DNA of 62,792 nt, the filler included, from Octopus bimaculoides (Eukaryota): assembly GCF_001194135.2 (NCBI RefSeq). It is 7 parts of 7 records of this genome, joined end to end, with 100 filler letters (N's around TTAATTAATTAA, not from the genome) between each part and the next. Parts side by side here need not be neighbours in the genome. Positions count along the whole stretch, not along the records: positions 52,165 to 54,923 come from NW_026412654.1; positions 55,024 to 60,144 come from NW_026385212.1; positions 60,245 to 62,792 come from NC_069003.1; 4 more parts are not named here. One strand, written 5' to 3'. The notes beneath the pieces are model-generated. The model worked only from the letters and a program-made list of their open reading frames with translations, searched no databases and was not told the DNA's origin. Shown piece after piece: positions 53,155 through 62,792 of this stretch (the first letter of the stretch is position 1; every line of letters begins with the position of its first letter). The position numbers and the translations under genes are program-made.

Positions 53155-53560
53155 AAGACGGCGAGCTGGCAGAATCGTTAGCGCGCCAGGCAAAATGCTT
53201 AATGCCATTTCGTCTGTCTTTAGGTCCCGAGTTCAAATTCCACCGAGGTTGACTTTTCATTTCATCCTTTCAGGCTCGATAAATTAAGTACCACTCAAAC
53301 ACTAGGGTCGATGTAATCGATTAGTCCCCTCCTTCAAAATTTCAGGCCTTGTGTCTTTAGTAGAAAGGATATTAGGTACTTCACAAGACGGTGAGCAAGT
53401 AGAATTGTCAACACGCCAGACAAAATGCTTAGTAACATTTCTTTCTGGCTTTATGTTCTGAGTTCAAGTTCAAACCGAGGCCTACTTTGCCTATTGTCCA
53501 TTGGAGGTCGCTAAAATAAGTACCAGTTGAACACTGATGTCAATGTACTCGATTAGTACN
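53155..53560 (+). mobile_element. Two tandem SINE family B copies
   Basis: Each begins acaagacgg(c/t)gagc..gaat and carries the shared body. Confidence 0.8.
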
Positions 53561-54878
53561 NNNNNNNNNNNNNNNNNNNNNNNNNNNNNNNNNNNNNNNN
53601 NNNNNNNNNNNNNNNNNNNNNNNNNNNNNNNNNNNNNNNNNNNNNNNNNNNNNNNNNNNNNNNNNNNNNNNNNNNNNNNNNNNNNNNNNNNNNNNNNNNN
53701 NNNNNNNNNNNNNACCTAGAGTAGAAAGAAAGAAAAAAAAACTCGATACCTGAGGGAAGTGACTTGGCAGAATTGTTACAACTGTCGAAAAATTGCGCGT
53801 TATTTAGCTACGGATCTTCACGTTCTGAGTTCAAACCGTACATGGTTGAACTTTTCCTCTCATCTCCCGGGATCGATAAAATAAAGTACCATTTAACTAT
53901 CATACAACAGTCTATTTACTCGACTCCCGCGCCACTCGTTTTGAGATACAGCACATATGAGAAATCATTATTTTTCTGCAGTTGTCTCTTGTACTTACTG
54001 ATAAAATAAAATTTAAGAATTTTAAAAAAAACGAACAAAATAATCATCGACTGATATCATATCTGTGAATAAATATACTTGAGCTGTTTGATATTCTGAT
54101 CATACATATGCTTTTATTTACAGAACTTTTAAATTAAATTGTAGATAATCATTCAAGATAAATTTAATTCATTATCAACAAGTATACGACTTAATTTGTT
54201 AAATGAGCTATTTGCAAATACTTCGAAAAATCAGAAAGAAATTAAGCTCCGCAGAAGAAGTTATAAAAGTTCAAAATGCGTCCCAGGTTATCTGCTGAGC
54301 TTATTTTTGTTTATTTAATATCACAATTTGTGACAAATAGCGTCGGCTGCTTCTGATTCAGATGTTATTGATGTCTCTACAAGTGCTTGATAAAAGCAAA
54401 TAAGGTGAGAGGGGGAGATATTTTTGGCGTGTAACTGTGAAACAAAGAAGGAAAGTTTAAAGGAATTTTTTTTTAAATGAGAGAAAATCTGTGAACTGAA
54501 GAACAAAAAGAAAAGTCAGAAAAAAATGTTAATTGACAAAATATTCAGAAGTTGGTAATGAGTGACCAGGGACAATACAAAAAGACGATGTAATAGATGA
54601 AAATTGTTTGATCCAGGAGAAAAACCTAACGTTGTCATTCACACGGTACTGTTATTCACACGGTACTGAAAATGGTAAACGGAAGTGGGAGAGGGAATAA
54701 AAATTGATTATTGAAAGAAATGTATGTACAAGTAGAAGGAAGCGACATGGAAAATGTCGCATGTGGGTGAGTTGTCGAGCTAATGAGTGTGTAGCGGTCA
54801 AGCAGATGTGATTGGTGGAAGAGAAGAAAGATGTGAATCAACGGTGTTAGTCAAAACAAGGAATTTCCAAGTGTAGAA

Positions 54879-54923
<45 letters not shown>

Positions 54924-55023
54924 NNNNNNNNNNNNNNNNNNNNNNNNNNNNNNNNNNNNNNNNNNNNTTAATTAATTAANNNNNNNNNNNNNNNNNNNNN
55001 NNNNNNNNNNNNNNNNNNNNNNN

Positions 55024-56930
55024 GCCAGGTAAAAGCACCACTGATGCCATGTTTCTGGTAAGACAGCTGCAAGAGAAATACCTAGCCAAGGATAAACCTC
55101 TGTACCTGGCTTTCGTTGACATGGAGAAAGCCTTTGACAGGGTCCCCCGATCCCTTATCTGTTGGTCAATGAGGAAACTTGGGAAAGAAGAATGGTTAGT
55201 TAGAGCTGTGCGAGCCATGTACAGAGATGCTGTCAGTAAGGTGAGGGTTGGAAATGAGTACAGTAATGAATACCGGGTAGAGGTCCACCAAGGTTCTGTC
55301 CTCAGCCCCCTCCTATTTATCATTGTCCTCCAGGCGACAACAGAGGAATTCAAGATAGGTTGTGCCTGGGAGCTCCTCTATGCTGATGACCTTGCACTAA
55401 TTGCGGAGTCACTATCAGAACTAGAGGAGAAGTTTCATGTGTGGAAGCAGGGACTAAAATCGAAGGGCCTTAGGTTCGACCTAGCTAAAACCAAAGTCCT
55501 AATAAGTAGGAAGGTAGATAAAACACAAACCCCTTCAGGTAGATGGCCCTGCTCAGTATGTAGAAAAGGTGTAGGTAGTAACTCTATAAGATGTACCCAG
55601 TGCAAGCTATGGACACATAAGAGGTGCAGCAATATCAAAGGCAGGTTAACTAGGAAGTTAGTCTTTGTATGTGGCAGATGTTCAGGTGCAATAAACACTG
55701 TAAACAAGCAGGAAACAACATCTGTCTCATCCCAGGGAGAAAAACTCGAGGTAGTTGATAGCTTCCGCTATCTGGGTGACCAAGTTAGTAGTGGTGGTGG
55801 GTGCGCTGAAAGTGTAGCTGCTAGAATAAGAATAGCCTGGGCAAAGTTCAGAGAGCTCTTACCTCTGCTGGCGACAAAGGGACTCTCAGAGTAAAAGGCA
55901 GACTGTATGACGCATATGTACGAACAGCCATGCTACATGGCAGTGAAACATGGGCTGTGACTGCTGAGGACATGCGTAAGCTCGCAAGGAATGAAGCCAG
56001 TACGCTCCGATGGATGAGTAATGTCAGTGCGCATACTTAACAGAGTGTAAGTATCTTGAGAGAAAAGCTGAACATAAGAAGCATCAGTTGTGGTGTGCAA
56101 GAGAGACGATTGCACTGGTATGGACATGTGGTGAGAATNNNNNNNNNNAGAGAGACGATTGCACTGGTATGGACATGTGGTGAGAATGAACGAGGATAGC
56201 TGTGTGAAAAAGTGCCACACCCTAACAGTTGAGGGAACCCGTTGAAGAAGCAGGCCCAGGAAGACCTGGGCTGAGTTGGTGAGGCAAGACCATAGAACAT
56301 TGGGCCTCACCGAGGCGATGACTTCTGACCGAGACCTTTGGAAATATGCTGTGTGAGAAGACCCAGCAAGCCAAGTGAGACCTAAATCCAAGGCTTCTGC
56401 CAGGGGTGTAGCCAGCCCACTTATGCGTACCTTTCCTACATTGGACACTAAACTCCGCTTGCGATGACTTGTTGAGGTAAGTGAAATCGAAATCGAACTA
56501 AATTCGATGACTGGCACTCATGCTAACGTCGTCTCCTTCATTGGACACGAAACTCAGCTTGCAAAGACTTATTGGGTCAAGCGAAAGCAAAATCGGGATA
56601 GCACCTGGTACTTGTGTCCGTGACACGTGTAAGGATTTTCGAGCGAGATCATTGCCAGTGCCCCTGGACTGGCTCTTGTGCGGGTGGCACATAAAATACA
56701 CCATTTTGAGTGTGGCCGTTGCCAGTACCGCCTGACTGGCCTTCGTGCCGGTGGCATGTAAAAACACCCACTACTGTCTGAGTGGTTGGCGTTAGGAAGG
56801 GCATCCAGCTGTAGAAACTCTGCCAAATCAGATTGGAGCCTGGTGTAGCCATCTGGTTTCACCAGTCCTCAGTCAAATCGTCCAACCCATGCTAGCATGG
56901 AAAGCAGACGTTAAACGATGATGATGATGA
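55024..56930 (+). mobile_element. RTE-clade LINE (RT + PHD-like finger, frameshifted at ~55890), long 3' UTR and (GAT)n tail
   Basis: FVDMEKAFDRVPR, VHQGSVLSPLLF, LLYADDLAL, CSVC..CTQC..HKRC..CGRC, FRYLG and AMLHGSETW motifs. The 5' part is lost in a gap. Confidence 0.95.
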
Positions 56931-57584
56931 TATATATATATATANNNNNNNNNNNNNNNNNNNNNNNNNNNNNNNNNNNNNNNNNNNNNNNNNNNNNNNN
57001 NNNNNNNNNNNNNNNNNNNNNNNNNNNNNNNNNNNNNNNNNNNNNNNNNNNNNNNNNNNNNNNNNNNNNNNNNNNNNNNNNNNNNNNNNNNNNNNNNNNN
57101 NNNNNNNNNNNNNNNNNNNNNNNNNNNNNNNNNNNNNNNNNNNNNNNNNNNNNNNNNNNNNNNNNNNNNNNNNNNNNNNNNNNNNNNNNNNNNNNNNNNN
57201 NNNNNNNNNNNNNNNNNNNNNNNNNNNNNNNNNNNNNNNNNNNNNNNNNNNNNNNNNNNNNNNNNNNNNNNNNNNNNNNNNNNNNNNNNNNNNNNNNNNN
57301 NNNNNNNNNNNNNNNNNNNNNNNNNNNNNNNNNNNNNNNNNNNNNNNNNNNNNNNNNNNNNNNNNNNNNNNNNNNNNNNNNNNNNNNNNNNNNNNNNNNN
57401 NNNNNNNNNNNNNNNNNNNNNNNNNNNNNNNNNNNNNNNNNNNNNNNNNNNNNNNNNNNNNNNNNNNNNNNNNNNNNNNNNNNNNNNNNNNNNNNNNNNN
57501 NNNNNNNNNNNNNNNNNNNNNNNNNNNNNNNNNNNNNNNNNNNNNNNNNNNNNNNNNNNNNNNNNNNNNNNNNNNNNNNNNNAT

Positions 57585-57800
57585 TTCTTTACTACCGACA
57601 AGGGGCTCCACACAGAGGGGACAAACAGATTAAGTCGATTATATCGATCCCAGTGCATAACTGGTACTTATTTAATCGACCCCGAAAGGAAGAAAGGCAA
57701 AGTCGACCTCGGCGGAATTTGAACTCAGAAAGTAGTGGCAGATGAAATACCGCTAAGCATTTCGCCCGGCGTGCTAACGTTTCTGCCAGCTTGTCGCCTT
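57585..57800 (-). mobile_element. SINE family B full copy
   Basis: Reverse complement of head + body. Confidence 0.85.
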
Positions 57801-58689
57801 GTGTGTATATGTGTGTGTGAGTGTATGTGCGTGTGTATGGGCGTGTGTATTTTGTGTGTGTAAACGAGGGGTTGTGTAGGGGGTATAGGTGCGTTTTTTT
57901 GCGCATGTATGCATGTGTGTTTGTGTATGTGCGTGTAGTTGTGTGTGTATGTGTGTGCATATGCGGGTGTGTATGCGTGGGGTTGTGAGTGTTAGGTATG
58001 TGTGTGTGTGTGTTTGTGTCTGTATGTGCATTGTGTGTGTTGGAGGTATATGTGTCTACATGTACTAGTGTGTATATGTGTGTGTGCGTGTGTGTATGTG
58101 CGTGTGTATGTGTGTGTGTACATGTGTATGTGCGTGCATGTGTATTTGTGTGAACGTAAAAATGTTTGTCGAGTTATGTGTACATTTTGTTGCCTGTATG
58201 CACATGTGCTTGAGTATGTATGTGGTTGTGTGTGCGTGTGTATGTTTATGTTTGTGTCTGTGTGTGTGTGGGGTTGTGTGGGTTAGGTATCTGCATTCCT
58301 GTGCGTTTGTGCACGAGTGTGTGTACGCGCATATGTGTGTGCACGTGGGAGCATGTGGGTGGGTGCATCTCTGTGTAGGTGTGTGGAAGTATGTGTGTGT
58401 GTGTGTATAAGTGCATGTATGTGTGTGGTGTGTGTAGGAGGTATATGTGCGTTCATATGTGTATACGGGTGCATGTGTTTTTCATGTGTGGATATGTACA
58501 TATGTGTGTGTGTGTGTGTATATAGAAAAAACAATGAATTATAAATATAACACAACAATAAATTATAAAAAAATAAGGTTGAAAGGAAATAAAGTTAATG
58601 CAATATAAAATGGCGCAATTACAAGCAAAAAATGAAAAATGAAATAAAGTTTCTTAGTTGCAGGTGTAGAGGCAGTTAATAGGAGGAGG

Positions 58690-60125
58690 GGGTTGTGTTT
58701 AGTCCGAAGGGGATAATTGTTCGTAGATTAAAGATATACTGCTGTTCCAGGCGGAGTCATGAGTGTGTGGATCTGTGGTGCAGAGCGAGGCCAAAGACAG
58801 AGATGTGAGAGGGNNNNNNNNNNGTTGTGTTTAGTCCGAAGGGGATAATTGTTCGTAGATTAAAGATATACTGCTGTTCCAGGCGGAGTCATGAGTGTGT
58901 GGATCTGTGGTGCAGAGCGAGGCCAAAGACAGAGATGTGAGAGGGGGAGTGGTTGGCCAAGCGGAAGTGACGGGCGACGGGGGTGCCCAAATATAGCCGA
59001 ACATCCCTTAGATGTTCAGTGAACCAGTCGGCGGCCCGTCTGACCTTCAAATAGTTTATCACAGAGGTTGCATCTAATACAGTATATGAGGCTAGAAGAG
59101 GTGCAAGAGAAGGAATTTCTTATGCGAAGAGATTGCTGATTAGAACCAGTGAGAGAAGTAGTGTTAGTGATGAAGGGGCACAGGAAGTATCCGGGTGGGG
59201 CTGGGGGAGAAGAGAAGGTGCTACGAACCAGAAGATCACGTAGGTTCCGGGCACGTTTATCCTCGATGCCTGAACAGGCGGGCAAGGTATTGGGACTGGG
59301 TGTCAAAATCCTGGTCTCAGCTGCACAAGCGTTGGAGGCAGAGGAACTGGGAGTAGGGGATAGTCCGATTGGTGTGGAAGGAATGGGAGAAGTGGAGGTA
59401 GAGGTGGGAATCTGGGTTTGAAGAAGGCAGAGGTGGTGAGAGAGTGGGAGGGGTAGTCAATGGTAAGAGAGATATCAAGGAAGTTAACAGGTGTTAGAGA
59501 TAGTAGAAGTGAATTGGAGAGAAAGGTGGAAGTTAGAGAAGAAAAAGATGAAGTGGCAGAGTTGTTCACGGGAGAGGAAGGTGGCACCTATACAGTCATC
59601 TATGTAGCAACCGTATAGCTCTGGGGTCGGCCTGGAGAATGGGGAGAATGCTTGGGCCTCAATGTGGCCAACAAAGAGGTTGGCGAAATTGGGGCCCATT
59701 CTCGTTCCCATCGTGACCCCAGAAACTTGTTGGTAGGCTTCTCTGGCGAACGTAAAGCAGTTGAGGGTGAGGACGATCTCTGCCAGGCAAAGAAGGGTAG
59801 AGGGGCTGGGTGTGGGGTCAAGACGATGGTCGAGTAAGTATTGGAGGGCTAAGAGACCGTTATTGTGAGGAATCACCATGTATAGGGATTTGATGTCCAA
59901 GATGAAGAGGAGGTGTGAGGGGCCGGGAGGGAAAGAAAAGGAATTGAAGAGGCGAAGGGCATGATTAGTGTTGTGTATGTGGGATGGGAAGGCAGCAACT
60001 AAAGGGGACAGGATGTGGTCAAGGTATTTGGAAATGAGTTTGGTGGGGCAATTACAGGCAGAAACAATAGTGCGGCCAGGGTTGTTGGGTTTATGTATTC
60101 TGGGAAGGAAATAGATGGTGGAGGT
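58690..60125 (-). mobile_element. Penelope-like element (Neptune-type RT + Cys-rich linker + GIY-YIG), degenerate
   Basis: MDIKSLYMVIPH, YQQVSGVTMGTRMGPNFANLF, YIDDCIG, NFLDISL and FSCTSSSLIYCIRCNLCDKLFEGQTGRRL motifs. Confidence 0.93.
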
Positions 60126-61009
60126 ACGGGGTGTTGTGGTGGTGNNNNNNNNNNNNNNNNNNNNNNNNNNNNNNNNNNNNNNNNNNNNTTAATTAATTAA
60201 NNNNNNNNNNNNNNNNNNNNNNNNNNNNNNNNNNNNNNNNNNNNTGTGTGTGTGTGTGTGTGTGTGTATGAAGAAAACGTTGATGACACACGACTTTTAT
60301 GACAAAGTCATAAACTATGACAGAGATTTTTTTTTACATATGTCCTAATATGTAGAAGATACACCACCACAGGTCGACCAACATGAACCCTTTTAGAACT
60401 GAGCATTAAATTCGAACTTACTTCAGCTGGCATCAACAGTCGTGTTTATTCTAATTCTATTGTATTATTTAAAGATTAGTAATAATTGAAATATTATATT
60501 GTTACATTTTCAAAATTTCGCATCTGATGATGACGCTTCGAGCAGTTGTCAAACATCAAAATATAACAATAGTTACACCTCATCGTGGAGAATATGAGGA
60601 CTGCTGGGTGGAGGAGGGTAGTGTTGGTGGATCCATGTGGAAGTGAATTGTAATTCTAAGCAAGAAGAACGAAACGAACGATTATCTCTCGACTGTCACG
60701 ATGGTGATATCTACAACATAAATGTCATATTAATATAAATGGTGTTTTATCTTAGAACAACATTGTTATGGCTTCGAAATTCCTCTTCAATACATCTCTA
60801 CATTCATACATATTTGCATACAGGCACATATTCACAATCAAACATATACATATATACGTACATATACACATACATACATACATTTATGCATACGCATATT
60901 TTCACATGGACACATACATATGTAAATATATATGCATAATTATGTACATACATATGTATATGTATACATACACTCATATATATATGTATGTTCTCTTCTA
61001 TCTTTAATT

Positions 61010-61690
61010 AAATTCTTCCTCAGAGGAAGGAACTGGTTTCCAACGAAGATACAAAGCTCCATCGTTGGCGCTCTGTATCTTTGTATGCATGTATGTATGA
61101 ATGTATGTATGTATATGTTTGTATGTATGTATGTATGTATGTATGTATGTATATGTATGTATGTATGTATGTATGTCATTGTTCAGTTTTATTTCAAGAT
61201 TTCTTGCCAATAGAGGAAGAGCTGATTTCTAACCTAGATCCAAGACTCCTTCGTTGGAATTTCGACATCAACAACAGGGTATTTTTGTATGCATGTGTGT
61301 ACGTGTGTACATATTTATCTGTGCAGATTTGTATGTATTGTTTTATGTATGTATTCTCATGCATACAGTTGCAAATCTTGACATTCTCATATATATTTAA
61401 ATGATAAACTTCAGGAAAGTTTTACAGATTTTTACAGTTCCAGTGATGGCTTGGATCTGCAGTCTTCGAATTAGCTCTCTCTCTTTTCTGGTTGTGAGAA
61501 GCTTAATTCCTCGAGATTGGTATTTAGGCAGTGTGTTACATATCCAAGGGCCCCAATAATTACAGGCATAAACCTGACTTTGTAATCTGGATAGAGTAAC
61601 AGCAGATTTCTCAATAATTCAGCATAGGTATTCTCTTTTTCACTGATCTTCAGCTTTATGTTAACATCCGCTGGGCAGCTAATATATATG
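61010..61690 (-). mobile_element. RLE non-LTR retrotransposon 3' end (R4-like) flanked by (CATA)n, with a duplicated 3' UTR piece
   Basis: ISCPADVNIKLKISEKENTYAELLR..FMPVIIGALGYV..LIRRLQIQAITGTVKICKTFLKFII*. TATG arrays at about 61690-61725 and 61082-61176. Confidence 0.8.
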
Positions 61691-62029
61691 TGTGTGTATG
61701 TATGTATGTATGTATGTATGTATGTACACACCTGGAAGTTTAATTGATATATGCACGTTTCACTGTCTGTGTTGGTGAGAGATTCTCAACGCGTAAGCAA
61801 GTGCTACCATTCCTTCCAACCCGATACATTATTGGTTAGCATAGCTAAAACCGAACAAAGGGGAAACCGTTCCTTCATAAAAGCTGGATGTTAAACGGTG
61901 GGCGATTGTGTGTTTAATAAAGAAGCGAGAAAATTTATGTAAGAAAGAATAATGAAGAGTGATTGTGGATCTCAGTCTTTCGCGATGAGGATTCAGTTAT
62001 TGAATGAACTGAAGTGGCTGAATTTATGT

Positions 62030-62200
62030 GAAAGTGTGTGGTCTAGTGATTAGGGATATTGTACTCACGGTATTACGTGCTATCGTAGGTTCAATTCTGG
62101 GACCAGGCAGTTGCTCCCGTTCGTCCACTGAACGGTAAATGTGTCCCTGCAAAACCCTGCAACAGACGGGATCAACGTGTTTTGGGGGTCAGGGAAATTG
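62030..62200 (+). mobile_element. Degenerate tRNA-derived SINE head
   Basis: tggtctagtgattaggg (A-box-like) ... ggttcaattc (B-box-like). No complete cloverleaf. Confidence 0.4.
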
Positions 62201-62483
62201 AAAAAGGAATGAAATTCAAGACTTGAATGTAAAGATGGAAGCGTTAGTATAATAAGGAAGTAATTTCGAGAACATCAGTTCGTTATTTGTGTGGGGGGGG
62301 GATGTGTGTGTATATGTGTACGTGTGTATGTGTGTGTATATATGTGTGTGTGTGTGTATGTGTGCGTGTGTGTATGTGTGTATGTGTGTGTGTATATGTG
62401 TGTATGTGTGCATGTGTATATGTGTGTGTATATGTATATGTGTGTGTGTGTATGTGTGTGTATATGTGTGTGTGTGTGTGTGC

Positions 62484-62514
<31 letters not shown>

Positions 62515-62792
62515 TGCGTCTTCACGAAGCAATTTCATCGGAAACGCCTGCTTCGAATTGCGATGCTCACAAAATGTAGATTCTCGCTCCGTGCCTCGTA
62601 AAAACCTGATTTGTTCAAATGTGTTATTCGTGGAAATTTCCGTGTAATCGAATTCGTGCGCTGTTATAAGGTCGCAACCCTGTCGATCTCAGAAGATTCC
62701 ATTTAATAAGAAAATACGGCATGCCATAAATAATATAAGACAAACCAGCCAGAGAAGGTAAGTGTATGGTGAAGCTTGGTGGACAAAAAGAT

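Noticed and set aside
58690-58944. ~120-bp direct repeat around a 10-N gap (also ~40 bp at 56099-56188)
   Set aside because: Unmerged contig overlap, most likely an assembly artefact.

Overview
Repeat-rich, gap-containing, AT-rich animal genomic DNA. The repeat families and microsatellite load look like an octopus (coleoid cephalopod) draft assembly; that assignment is inference. The only host gene I can support is the 3' half of a WIPI1/2 (Atg18) autophagy PROPPIN gene on the + strand, with exons at 391-498, 10515-10679, 14731-14838 and 22788-22954/23161. Its last visible exon has two phase-compatible splice donors 207 nt apart. The rest is mostly transposable-element remnants: three Penelope-like elements, an internally double-deleted Gypsy with LTRs/PBS/PPT/TSD, an RTE LINE, three RLE-type non-LTR fragments, two mariner and two DD37D maT copies, a Helitron helicase remnant, piggyBac-like and fold-back MITEs, and three or more SINE families. 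The most notable signal is a tRNA-headed, hammerhead-ribozyme-carrying short retroelement inserted as a head-to-head palindrome with a 15-bp TSD (21929-22426). A second palindromic insertion of the same family folds back 2 nt downstream of the predicted ribozyme cleavage site (33664-33813). Also notable: a Penelope GIY-YIG domain split by a ~198-codon mucin-like insert, and a sharp CpG-decay boundary near 25 kb that probably marks the end of gene-body methylation. Alignments, folding and family names were done by eye and from memory, not by database search.
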